A DNA stretch of 64,000 nt from Eledone cirrhosa (lineage: Eukaryota), in the NCBI GenBank assembly GCA_964016885.1, contig OZ024766.1, positions 7,564,001 through 7,628,000 of the forward strand, given 5' to 3'. The notes under the pieces were generated by a model, which was not told the origin of the DNA, ran no database searches, and saw only the letters and a program-made list of their open reading frames with translations. Positions 1 to 12,241 of the stretch are shown one piece after another (position 1 is the first letter of the stretch; each line of letters opens with the position of its first letter). A program made the translations under genes and the position numbers.

Positions 1-113
1 CACAACCCTTCCGATTGCAGGGCCAACAACACACACATCACCCAGTCTGAGAATTGAACTCACAACCTTTCGATTGCAGGGCCAATGCTCTAACCACTAA
101 GCCATGTGCCTCC
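1..113 (-). mobile_element. tRNA-derived SINE family B, 5' head (window-truncated)
   Basis: Reverse complement reads GAGGCACATGGCTTAGTGGTTAGAGCATTGGCC..GTGAGTTCAATTCTCAG (A and B boxes), matching the copies at 15338, 20988, 45523 and 48586. Confidence 0.8.
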
Positions 114-116
114 ATG

Positions 117-163
<47 letters not shown>

Positions 164-225
164 AAAACAAGATGGCGTAGGACAGAACAAAGGAGAGGCA
201 CAAAAACAAAGAAAAGAATTCCCCA

Positions 226-268
226 GTCACTGAAGAGGTCACAGAATGTGTGACGAAAGAACTTTGAC
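226..268 (+). ncRNA. Minimal type-I hammerhead ribozyme, family A
   Basis: GTCA-CTGAAGA-G-GTCACA(gaatg)TGTGAC-GAAA-GAAC-TT-TGAC: stem I, core, 6-bp stem II, GAAA, short stem III, UH site. Confidence 0.8.
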
Positions 269-449
269 AATATATAAACAACAATCTGGTTGTGGAACCA
301 ACGAACCAACCAGAAATTTATATATTCCTAAATTTATAAATTTATTATAATAAATTGAAGTGAAAGCAACTGGTGCGTGTGTTTCTTATTGGCAACATGA
401 CCCTCCCAAAGTATAACAATATATATACACACACACATACATACACACA

Positions 450-506
<57 letters not shown>

Positions 507-631
507 CAGATTTTTGTAGCTTGCTGGAAGCATTGTTTAATAGGAAACACAAATTTAAATTTTGAAGACCGACACAATGTGTCATGAAGAACGTATTAAA
601 TTGCCAAGATAATAAATGAATCTAACCTTAG

Positions 632-1084
632 CAAATTTAACAACCCCAAATATTTTCAGGTTTAAAAACTCATTATCCCTATGAGAAACTTATAATTGTT
701 TCTATTTTAGGCACAAGGCCAGCAATTACCCAGTGCATTACTGGTACTTTATTTTATCGACCCCGTGATCAGATAGACTTGCCAAATTTAACAACCCCAA
801 ATATTTTCAGGTTTAAAAACTCATTATCCCTATGAGAAACTTATAATTGTTTCTATTTTAGGCACAAGGCCAGCAATTACCCAGTGCATTACTGGTACTT
901 TATTTTATCGACCCCGTGATCAGATAGACTTGCCAAATTTAACAACCCCAAATATTTTCAGGTTTAAAAACTCATTATCCCTATGAGAAACTTATAATTG
1001 TTTCTATTTTAGGCACAAGGCCAGCAATTACCCAGTGCATTACTGGTACTTTATTTTATCGACCCCGTGATCAGATAGACTTGC
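632..1084. repeat. 151-bp tandem repeat x3 containing a SINE-A 3' end
   Basis: CAAATTTAACAACC recurs at 632, 783 and 934. Confidence 0.9.
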
Positions 1085-1269
1085 TTGCATGGGAGCAGAA
1101 ATTTTAACATCTTTTCATTTCATTTCACTTAAATCTGCTTTCCTAACAAGCAAGGCTTTTCGATTGATTTTGAAGTCTCCCATAGGGTTGCTCCCTTGAT
1201 AATGGGTTTTTAAACTTGAAAATATTTGGGATTGTTAAATTTGCTAAGGTTAGATTCATTTGTTATATA

Positions 1270-1638
1270 TATAATTGTTTTTATGTGAGGCACAAGGCCA
1301 ACAATTACCCAGTACATTACTGGTACTTTATTTTATCGACCCCGTAAGGATGAAAGGCAAAGTTAACCTCGGCGGGATTTGAACTCAACACTCATTATAT
1401 ATATATAATTGTTTCTACTTTAGGCACAAGGCCAGCAATTACCCAGTGCATTACTGGTACTTTATTTTATCGACCCCGTAAGGATGAAAGGCAAAGTTAA
1501 CCTCGGCGGGATTTGAACTCAACACTCATTATATATATATAATTGTTTCTACTTTAGGCACAAGGCCAGCAATTACCCAGTGCATTACTGGTACTTTATT
1601 TTATCGACCCCGTAAGGATGAAAGGCAAAGTCAACCTT
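1270..1638 (-). repeat. 134-bp tandem repeat (~3 copies) of the SINE family A 3' half
   Basis: GGCACAAGGCC at 1289, 1423 and 1557; reverse complement of the SINE at 17349. Confidence 0.85.
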
Positions 1639-1647
1639 TATATATAA

Positions 1648-1926
1648 TGATGTGCTGTTTCCTTGAGCAAGACACTTTATTTCACATTGCTCCAGTTTAC
1701 TCAGCTGTAGAAATGAGATGATAGGGACTGGGGTCCCTATCATTCCACTACAAAGTGGTCGTGTAGGTGCCACGGCAAAAAAAAAAAAAGCACCCAGCAC
1801 TCACTGTAAATGAGGTTGGTGTTAGGAAGGGCATCCAGCTGTAGAAATCAAGCCAGAATCAGTTCCCGTCCCACCCTTGCAAGCAGGGAAAAGCAGACGT
1901 ATGATGATGATGATGATGATGATGAT
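1648..1926 (+). mobile_element. SINE family B, 5'-truncated, with (GAT)n tail
   Basis: CCTTGAGCAAGACACTT central domain, GGAAGGGCATCCAGC motif, RTE-type tail. Confidence 0.8.
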
Positions 1927-2073
1927 ATAACAGAAATTAGTTGTCAGCAGAACTAGAGTGCCTATGTGGAATAAAGTCTTTTTCAAGGACACAGCACACC
2001 CTGGAATGGTGGTGGTGACCTAATCATTAAACCCCGTGATTTCATATACACTCACACACACATGTGTGTGTGA

Positions 2074-2142
<69 letters not shown>

Positions 2143-2323
2143 CACACACACAAACATACACGCACCCATATATATATATCTCCCCTCTATTTCATATTTT
2201 CCTTTTCCTTTTCTTCGTTTTTCTTTATTCCCCTTCGTTTTCTCTTCATTCTCCCCACATCTTCCCTTTCTTTTGTTTTTATTCCTCTTTTCTCTTACAT
2301 CTTTTTTTTTCTTCTTTTCTTCA

Positions 2324-2508
2324 TTTATTTATTTATTTGTTTATTCATTTATTTATTTATTTATTTATTCATTCATTTATTTATTTATTCATTTATTTAT
2401 TTATTTATTTAGTTATTTATTCATTTATTTATTTGTTTATTCATTTATTCATTTGTTTATTCATTTATTCATTTATTTATTTATTCATTTATTTATTTAT
2501 TTGTTTAT
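2324..2508. repeat. (TTTA/TTCA)n microsatellite
   Basis: Direct inspection. Confidence 0.9.
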
Positions 2509-2815
2509 TTCTTGCCTTTTCCTCTTCTTTGCATCCCCCTCTTCTATGTTTCTGCCTTGCCCTGCATCCATTTCTTCTTTAAGTTTATCATGTTGTTTGT
2601 GGTATGGAAGCGTTGAGATTTGGTGAAGTTGATCACTGCCTGCGCTGGAATTGAATAGTCAAAGCCGTAGCAGTGTGTCATATATCAAATCTTGTATTTT
2701 GTCTGATGAAAGCATACTTGAGCACCATTGTGCCTTTGAGATATATATGATGAAGCGTATATTTTGATTGTGAGAGTGTTTTTCATTTATTAACATTTTA
2801 AATAATATATATATC

Positions 2816-3885
2816 TAAGGCGGGTAAAATTCCCGAGATCCATGGACGAGTTCTCTCCAGCGGTCTCTGTCCCTCATTATCGCTGCCATGTCCTGCATCT
2901 CCAACAGACCAGTGTCTGTCCTGAGGGCATCAACATACGTTAACCTTGGTCTTCCTCTTCTAGTGCTTGAGATCGGTGTGGAAGTCGGACCTTCGTAGAG
3001 ACCTGAAAATCCGCCTCTTCATTGCTGTAGTATGGGTCTGAGACTTGGACACTGACCAAGAAACTCACTCAGATGGTGGATGGGTGCTACACGAGAATGC
3101 TGAAGATGGCTCTGAACATTAATCAGTATACACTGAGGATGAAAAACTCAGAGTTGTATGGGAGCATCCCAAAAGTCAGCTCAAAAGTGACACAGAGGAG
3201 ACTGAGGTTAGCTGGACATGCTCACCGACATCCAGAGTTGACATTGCACTCAGTACTCCTTTGGGAGCCCCTACATGGACACACTAGGTTAGCTGGACAT
3301 GCTCACCGACATCCAGAGTTGACACTGCTCTCAGTGCTCCTGTGGGAGCCCCTACATGGACACACTAGGTTAGCTGGACATGCTCACCGACATCCAGAGT
3401 TGACACTGCACTCAGTACTCCTTTGGGAGCCCCTACATGGACACACTAGGTTAGCTGGACATGCTCACCGACATCCAGAGTTGACACTGCACTCAGTGCT
3501 CCTGTGGGAGCCCCTACATGGACACACTGGGTTAGCTGGACATGCTCACCGACATCCAGAGTTGACACTGCACTCAGTGCTCCTGTGGGAGCCCCTACAT
3601 GGACACACTAGGTTAGCTGGACATGCTCACCGACATCCAGAGTTAACACTGCACTCAGTACTCCTTTGGGAGCCCCTACATGGACACACTGGGTTAGTTG
3701 GACATGCTCACCGACATCCAGAGTTGACACTGCACTCAGTACTCCTGTGGGAGCCCCTACATGGACACACTGGGTTAGCTGGACATGCTCACCGACATCC
3801 AGAGTTGACACTGCACTCAGTGTTCCTGTGGGAGCCCCTGCATGGACACACTAGAAGGGGAAGACCAAGGTTAACGTATGTTGAT
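2816..3885. mobile_element. RTE-like LINE ORF2 C-terminal fragment with 5' inversion and an internal 81-bp array (~8 copies)
   Basis: + strand ...DGCYTRMLKMAL...RRLRLAGHAHRH...RRGRPRLTYVD; the 3' end (RRGRPRLTYVDALRTD...DRDRWRE...stop) lies on the - strand at 2966-2816. Confidence 0.8.
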
Positions 3886-4039
3886 ATATATATAGGTAAA
3901 CTTAAGGTTTACCTGGTAAACCTTAAGTTTCATTCGGAAATGAAATTTATTTTTATTTTCGATTCATTAAAAAATATTGTTGTTTATCTGAATACAAAAA
4001 ATGGTTGGACAACTACATGCTGGTAGTACATTAGTTGAT

Positions 4040-4963
4040 GATGTTTTGGATGCAAATGATATCCTTAATAAGAATATTACACTTCTGCAACAATGGATCT
4101 CAGACTGGCAACTCAAGCTAGCTGTGGACAAGTGCACCACCATACATTTTGGGAGTAGAAAAACCCAGCGTCCACATACTCCCTCCACAGCACTAATATC
4201 AAGAAGTCTTCCTGTGAACGTGACCTGGGCACTACGGTCAGCAGCGATTTGCGTTGGACGAAGCACGTCTCTAAAATTGTCAAGAGGGCCGAGGGTGTCT
4301 TAGCATCACTCAGCAAGACCTTTGTCAGCCGCTCTCCAGCTCTCTATTTAAGGCTGTACATGGCTATGGTGCGGCCACACTTAGAATTTGCATCACCAGT
4401 CTGGAACCCTTATCTTGCTCAGGACCTTGAACGCCTGGAAACTGTTCAGAGACGTGCAACCAAGCGAATACCCTCCATCAGGCATCTACCATACTCTGAG
4501 CGCCTTGCTTCCCTGGGCATGGATACATTGAAGCTCCGACACCTGGCAACTGACTTGGTAAACACCCACAAAATTGTTAACCATGTTGCCAACAACAACC
4601 CTGAGTACCTTTTCGATTTCCATGTGCCTAACACACGTGGACATGCCCACAAAGTCAGAAAACAGCACAGCTCCCATGACTTTCGGAAACATTTTTTCAC
4701 GCTCAGAGTTGCTGAAGCATGGAACAAACTGCCTGCATCAGTTGTGAGCTGTCGAGACACTGCACCCTTTAAAACCTCCATGCTTCCCGAGATTCGCCAA
4801 CACTACACCTAATGTTCCCCCTCCACACACACATGTATACAATGACTCGTACACTATTCACTTTCCTGACATTTGTATATTATTCTATGTACTATACATG
4901 CACCTTTGACGAGTTGTAGTGCACCTGAGCACTTTACACAATAATTTCATTATTATTATTATT
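4040..4963 (+). mobile_element. CR1/L2-group LINE 3' fragment (RT C-terminus, 3'UTR, (TTA)n tail)
   Basis: LYMAMVRPHLEFASPVWNPY..LETVQRRATK..YSERL..TRGH..RKHFFTLRVAEAWNKLP; frameshift near 4200. Confidence 0.88.
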
Positions 4964-5150
4964 ATGGCAGTATCGGTGGAGGGTCGGACGCCATGCTTTG
5001 ATGCATAGAATTACGTCCCTTTACGATCTGAGTTCAAATCCCGCCGAGGTTGACTTTGCCTTTCATCCATACAGAGGTCGATAAAATAAAGTACCAGTAA
5101 TGTACTGAGTAATTGCTGGCCTTGTGCCTAAAGTAGAAACAATTATTATT
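4964..5150 (+). mobile_element. tRNA-derived SINE family A
   Basis: TGGCAGTATCGG A box, GAGTTCAAATCC B box, GCCTTTCATCC..GTCGATAAAATAAAGTACCAG central domain (resembles the Meta-type SINE domain, from memory). Confidence 0.8.
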
Positions 5151-5685
5151 ATTACTCTCATACCTGCGATACACGGTGACAATCTGTCTGTGTTACAGTG
5201 GCTGGCGAGACGGCTATTGGTGGTAAACAGTGTCAATCGTCCTGTTTGTAATGAAGCGTACACATTAAACCGCTATTCTGAGGGTCACGGTCATGATGTT
5301 GTTGTGCACGGGCGGGACTTTATAGATCTTGCGGACCCTGAAGTACACACCCAGCTAATAGAGAACACGTGGATGGCGTGCAAAGAAGAAGCTTCGTCGC
5401 CAGCATGGTACCAGCGCTGCTTTATTTCAATCGTATATTGCAGAATTTCTTTGGCGCGCAGAGAGTTGGTGCCAACAAGTTTGGCGAGATGATAAACTGC
5501 ATTGGGGCAATTTATATGGTGCAATAAACGTTTCAATGTGTTATATTTTTGTTTCAACACACAAAATGAAAATAAATACGCGGAAATGAAAATAAATTTC
5601 ATTCCGATGTGAAACATAAGGTTTACCGTTTACCATATATATATATTTATTAAAATAACAGATCTTCTGATCCCATTAAGGGTGA

Positions 5686-5953
5686 AAGCAGCGATTCTTT
5701 GCTTAAACTTTAATCTGTTATTTTAATAAATATTTGCTCTAGGGTTCTTATATATTTGATATATATTTATCCTTATCGAGCCCTCTTTGGATTTTAATCT
5801 TCACATTTATTATTATTACTATATGTATATATATATATTTATAGTAGAATAATCGAGTATCGGAAAAACAGCTCACGAAATAACGATAAACAATATCCGA
5901 TATGTGTGGCAGAGGGCTCAATAATTTGGATAAATCAGAGCTATAACCATCGT

Positions 5954-6022
<69 letters not shown>

Positions 6023-6220
6023 GAAAGCTATAGAAAGTATTGTAGCAAGAAGCCAACAGTATTCCATAATATATATATATATATAGTAATAATAATAAAT
6101 GTGAAGACTAAAATCCAAAGAGGGCTCGATAAGGATAAATATATATCAAATATATAAGAACCCTAGAGCAAATATTTATTAAAATAACAGATTAAAGTTT
6201 AAGCAAAGAATCACTGCTTA
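5686..6220. repeat. ~135-bp inverted repeat pair (5688-5825 / 6080-6220); dispersed family also at 16965-17135 and 29875-29995
   Basis: GATTCTTTGCTTAAACTTTAATCTGTTATTTTAATAAAT and its reverse complement. Confidence 0.8.
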
Positions 6221-6883
6221 TATATATATATGAAAACAGGGAGAAAGAGACGATTATGAGGAAGAAAAATATATTTTTTCCTTTTTTTTGTCTCTCTCTC
6301 TCTCTTTTTTCTCATTTTATTATTATATATATATATATATATATATTTATAACTTTACTGGCCGAAACTTATCAAAGTTTTGTACATATATATATATATT
6401 TGAAATTATTTTAAGGACTTTTAACGTATGACACCGGTTACAACCCGGAAAGGGAAACATTGTCATAAACAACGCGTACCTGTCATCTTAATTATAACTT
6501 TAATTAATCTAATTATATTTTTGAGTAGCAAATATCTCGTGTTAAGGTGAAAGTTAATATTCTGTAGATAACATAGAGTGAGCTACATGTTCCAGGGTAG
6601 GTGTTTCATCTCCTACATGATTAAATATTTCATTTCATGAGAAACTACGCCACATCGTGAATTGGTTGCTCCACATTTTACTGAACAGTGAGAAATAGGT
6701 TTAAATCACTAACATCTGAACAATTAGCTTTCTTGGTCTTTCTTGACTTTACACTTGGACTTGAAATATAAAGTACATATTATTTGTATTGTTAACACAG
6801 CAGATATTGAGTACTTTTCTAGTTTTCGTGGTAAACAATCCCAGTTTGTTAGGACTGCTCGCATATACATCGATACGCACCTG

Positions 6884-6951
<68 letters not shown>

Positions 6952-7035
6952 TACATAGAGGACCATTTCTTACTCCAAATCACTCGTACATTGTCATATC
7001 TTTTCTCGACTTTTGAGAATTCTTCAAGAATTACA

Positions 7036-7881
7036 ATGGAAGACGTTAAGCCCTTGGACATTTCTACGATACCTGTTTCTACCAATATAGATAGAGTTAC
7101 ACAGACATACAGTGGGGAGAACCCCTTACCTAGTGAAACATGTACCGAACAAGGATCATTACACAGAAATATTCCTGAATATAGCTGTGAGTCATCCATA
7201 CAGACACAGAAACACTTCCACTGTGAAATATGTGGGAAATCTTTTCTCTGTAACAGTGATTTATGTAGACACAAAAGAACACACACAGGAGAGAAACCCT
7301 TCAAATGTGAAATATGTGGGAAATGTTTCACTCAAAAACCCAGTCTTATCCACATACGTAGCCACACTGGGGAAAAACCTTTCCACTGTGAAATATGTGG
7401 GAAAGCTTTCACTCAGAAATCCACTCTTGTTATCCACATACGTAGCCACACTGGGGAAAAAGCCCATCACTGTGAAATATGTGGGAAATCTTTCACTCAG
7501 AGATCCCATCTTCTTAGCCACATACGTAACCACACTGGGGAAAAAGCCAATCACTGTGAAATATGTGGGAAATCTTTCACTCAGAGATCCCATCTTCTTA
7601 GCCACATACGTAGCCACACTGGGGAAAAAGCTTATCATTGTGAAATATGTGGGAAATCTTTTGTGTGGAAGAGCGTTTTATCTAATCACATAAGAATACA
7701 CAGTGGAGAGAAACCCTTCCATTGTGAAATATGTGGGAAATATTTTATTAAAAGCAGTAATTTGATTGTACACAAAAGAACACACACTGGAGAGAAACCC
7801 TTTCATTGTGAAACATGTGGGAAATGTTTCACTCAGAGTTCCCATCTTGTTAAACACGTACGTATTCACACTGGGGTATAA
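7036..7881 (+). CDS. C2H2 zinc-finger protein, 8 tandem fingers
   Basis: Eight CxxC..H..H units with HTGEKP-type linkers; first in-frame ATG at 7036; finger 2 is one residue short; an upstream exon cannot be excluded. Confidence 0.85.
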   Translation: MEDVKPLDISTIPVSTNIDRVTQTYSGENPLPSETCTEQGSLHRNIPEYSCESSIQTQKHFHCEICGKSFLCNSDLCRHKRTHTGEKPFKCEICGKCFTQKPSLIHIRSHTGEKPFHCEICGKAFTQKSTLVIHIRSHTGEKAHHCEICGKSFTQRSHLLSHIRNHTGEKANHCEICGKSFTQRSHLLSHIRSHTGEKAYHCEICGKSFVWKSVLSNHIRIHSGEKPFHCEICGKYFIKSSNLIVHKRTHTGEKPFHCETCGKCFTQSSHLVKHVRIHTGV

Positions 7882-9075
7882 CCCTTCTACAATGAAACAT
7901 GTACTGAACAAGGATCTTTATACAGAAATATTTCTAAATATAACAGATTTGTAGGAAAACATTCTCATTAGAAGATGAATTATCTACACACAAAAACATA
8001 CATATTAAAGACAAACCCTATCACTGTGAAATATGTGGGAAATATGTTGTCAGACTGGGGAAAAAGCTCTATCATTGTGAAGTATGTGATAAATCTTTTA
8101 TTAAAAGCAGTGATTTAACAGTACATAAAAGGACACTGGAGGAAAACCTTTCCATTGTAAAATATGTGGGAAATGTTTTGGCTGTAGTTCTCATTTAATT
8201 ATTCACAAAAGTACACACACTGGAGAGAATCAATATCACTATATAATGTCTTTCATTAGTAAATCTAACCATATACATAGTGACACTCGAGAAAAACCCT
8301 TCTGTTGTGAAATATGTGAGTTGCAGGGACTTAAATAAACATAAATAAACACACTGTAGACAAACAACATCACTGTGAAATGTGTGGGTAATCTTTCATG
8401 AAAAACAATCATTTGAAGACAACAAAAAAAAACAACACATACTGCAGAAAAATTATATCACTGTTAAAAATGTGGGAAATGTTATGTCAAAAACAGTGTT
8501 TTTGAAAGAACACATTGGAGAAAAACAATATCATTTAGAAATATGGGGTTTACATTTTGTTACAAATGGTCATTTACACAAAACAACACACACTGGAGAA
8601 AAACCATATTATTTTAAAATATATTGGAAAGGTTTTGTTACAAATGGTCATTTACAAAGACACAAAACAACACACACTGGACAAAAACCATATTTTAAAA
8701 TATCTTGGAAAGGTTTTGTTACAAATATAGAAAAACCTATCATTGGGAAAAATGCGAGAAATCTTTTACGGATAGTTTGGTACTTAATAAACATATATGT
8801 CTTTAGACTGGAGGAAAGAAACTTCCAGTGTGAAACATGGTGGACATCTTTTATTGAGACTGGAGGAAAGAAACTTCCCGTGTGAAACATGGTGGACATC
8901 TTTTATTTAGACTGGAGGAAAGAAACTTCCAGTGTGAAACATGTTGGACATCTTTTATTGAGACTGGAGGAAAGAAACTTCCAGTGTGAAACATGTTGGA
9001 CATCTTTTATTCAGACTCCAGAAAAAAGAGAAACATGTTGGAAATCTTTTCTTCAGAATTCTACTCATGTGCTCC
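7882..9075 (+). pseudogene. Degenerate C2H2 zinc-finger array with frameshifts and stops; includes a 52-bp repeat x4 at 8805-9015
   Basis: Repeated CACTGTGAAATATGTGGGAAA and ACACACTGGAGA(A/G)AAACC remnants out of frame. Confidence 0.8.
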
Positions 9076-9245
9076 GATCGGCTTAACCAACCCCACGGGC
9101 AGCGACGGATTGGGGGGGGGGGGGGGGCATGGCTCTTCCAGACGTTCACAGCGAATACGTAACACATAATCAACAGCAGATGCATGAAGGACATCTTGAT
9201 TGCATGGAGAACCGTGGAAATAATTATTATGATTAAACGATGTTA

Positions 9246-9437
9246 GGGCCAGTGGATTGGCAGTATCGGTAGAGGGTCGGACGCCATGCTTTGCAGCACA
9301 GTTACGTCCCTTTAGGGACTGAGTTCAAAACCCGCCGAGGTTAACTTTGCCTTTCATCCTTACGGGGGTCGATAAAATAAAGTACCAGTAATACACTGGG
9401 ATAATTGCTGGCCTTGTGCCAAAAGTAGAAACAATTA
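9246..9437 (+). mobile_element. SINE family A, full length
   Basis: Same sequence as 17349-17536. Confidence 0.85.
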
Positions 9438-9767
9438 TGATTAAACGATGTATGTGACCTCAGCATCTTATTTTGTTATTTTTATAAAATCTCCATCGTA
9501 ACTAAAAACTACGATTGTTGAGCACTTTCTCCTGCTTACTCCTGTTTTTACCAAAACAATCATTTCCGAACAAATATATATATATGTATATGTATGTATA
9601 TATATGTATATATATATATATATGTATATGTATGTATATATGTATATGTATGTATATATATATATATATATATAATATAAGATCAAAAGATGGTTAAAGG
9701 AGTTCAATATATTTTATTATGCGCATTTCAAAAACAAACATCATCAAATAATAAAACTCACCTCCTA

Positions 9768-9778
9768 CATATATATAT

Positions 9779-9809
<31 letters not shown>

Positions 9810-9833
9810 TGTATATATATATATATATGTATG

Positions 9834-9896
<63 letters not shown>

Positions 9897-10454
9897 ATAT
9901 ATATATATGTATGTATATATATATATATGTATGTATATATATATATATATATGTATGTATATATATATATATATATGTATGTGTATATATATATATATGT
10001 ATGTATATATATATATATATATGTATGTATATATATATATATATGTATGTATATATATATATATATATATGTATGTATATATATATATATATGTATGTGT
10101 ATATATATATATATGTATGTATATATATATATATATGTATGTATATATATATGTATATGTATGTATATATATATATATATATGTATATGTATATATATAT
10201 ATATGTATGTATATATATATGTATATGTATGTATATATATATGTATATGTATGTATATATATATGTATATGTATGTATATATATATATGTATATATATAT
10301 ATGTATGTATATATATATATATGTATATGTATGTATATATATATATATATATGTATGTGTATATATATATATATGTATGTATATATATTATATATGTATG
10401 TATATATATATGTATATGTATGTATATATATATATGTATATATATATATGTATG

Positions 10455-10505
<51 letters not shown>

Positions 10506-10795
10506 GTATGTATATATATATATATATGTATGTATATATATATATATATGTATGTATATATATATATATATGTATGTATATATATATATATATGTATGTA
10601 TATATATATGTATATGTATGTATATATATATATGTATATATATATATGTATGTATATATATATATATGTATATGTATGTATATATATATATATATGTATG
10701 TATATATATATGTATATGTATGTATATATATATATGTATATATATATATGTATATGTATGTATATATATATATATGTATATGTATGTATATATAT

Positions 10796-10826
<31 letters not shown>

Positions 10827-10888
10827 TGTATATATATATATATGTATGTATATATATATATATGTATGTATATATATATATATGTATG

Positions 10889-10947
<59 letters not shown>

Positions 10948-11085
10948 GTGTGTGTAAATATATATATACACATATATATATATATGTAAATATATATACA
11001 CACATATATATATATATATATATATATGTAAATATATATATATACACATATATATGTATGTATATATATATGTATATATATATAA
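9768..11085. repeat. ~1.3 kb (TA)n/(TATG)n compound microsatellite
   Basis: Direct inspection; source of the YI-repeat pseudo-ORFs. Confidence 0.95.
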
Positions 11086-11196
11086 AGAATTAGTATATCT
11101 ACCAACATATGTATACAGATGCATATCTATGCTAGCAAATATATATGTTTTGTCTTAGTAACTTTGCAGTTCTATGCAAGGGGATGCAGAACAATT

Positions 11197-11336
11197 ATAT
11201 GAAAGATGTAAATAAGAAAGTTATGAAAATTGACTTACTTACTAAAATTTCACTCCCTTACAGAAACTAATTAGTTGGAGTGAAATTTTAGTAAGTAAGT
11301 CAATTTTCATAACTTTCTTATTTACGTCTTTCATAT
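11197..11336. repeat. Near-perfect hairpin with ~60-bp arms; one arm is repeated at 42490-42544
   Basis: ATGAAAGATGTAAATAAGAAAG..TTTCACTCC / GGAGTGAAA..CTTTCAT. Confidence 0.85.
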
Positions 11337-11387
11337 ATATATATATATATATGTAAATATATATATACATATATATATATATATATT

Positions 11388-11902
11388 TAACCATCTCGCC
11401 AACTGCAACCCTGAGCGCCTCTTTGATCTCCATGTGTCTAACACACGTGGACATGCCTACAAGATAAGAAAACAGCACAGCTCCCATGACTTTCGCAGAC
11501 ATTTTTTCACGCTCAGAGTTGCTGAAGCATGGAACAAACTGCCTGCGTCAATTGTTAGCTGCCGAGACACTGCATCCTTTAAGACACTCATGCTTCCCGA
11601 AATACGCCAAAACTACACCTGATGTACCCCTTCCATACACATGCACACGTGTGTATCATGACTCGTGCACTGTTCATTTTACTGATGTTTGTGCATTGCC
11701 CTATGTACTGTACATGCACTTTTTTGATGAGTTGTGGTGCACCTGGGCACTGTGCACAATATTTCGTTATTGTTATTATATCATGACTCATACACTGTTT
11801 ATTTTCCTGACATTTGTACATTATTCTATGTACTATACATGCACCTTTGATGAGTTGTAGTGCACCTGAGCACTGTACACAATAATTTCATTATTATTAT
11901 TA
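11388..11902 (+). mobile_element. CR1/L2-group LINE 3' end
   Basis: NTRGHAYKIRKQHSSHDFRRHFFTLRVAEAWNKLP plus the same 3'UTR as 4812-4963 (partly duplicated). Confidence 0.85.
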
Positions 11903-12117
11903 TATATAAGAGAGTATTGAAGTTTGCTTGAAGCAGAGAGATGTAAGTGGGTGTACGTTGAGATGCGTGGTGTGTATAAGATGGGTGAGATGTGTAGAAT
12001 GAAGGGAAGAGTATAAAGGATAAAATAAAAATAACAACACAAGAGAGAGTTACCTTGGGAGAGATTTAATATATATGTAAATATATATATACACATATAT
12101 ATATATATATATATACA

Positions 12118-12178
<61 letters not shown>

Positions 12179-12179
12179 C

Positions 12180-12226
<47 letters not shown>

Positions 12227-12241
12227 CTATGTATATATATA

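Larger units (their letters stand above)
3895..5634 (+). mobile_element. Decayed Merlin/ISXO2(IS1595)-like DNA transposon with nested CR1 and SINE insertions
   Basis: Imperfect TIRs GGTAAAC..CTTA(A/T)GTTTCA..GAAATTTATTTT at both ends; transposase remnant at 5290-5460 reads VVVHGRDFIDLADPEVHTQLIENTW../RRQHGTSAALFQSYIAEFLWR. Confidence 0.6.

Noticed and set aside
9690-11124. Long ORFs of YI/VC repeats (also at 28.8k, 36k and 41-43k) and poly-V/T/H/P ORFs
   Set aside because: Translations of di- and trinucleotide microsatellites that are open in most frames
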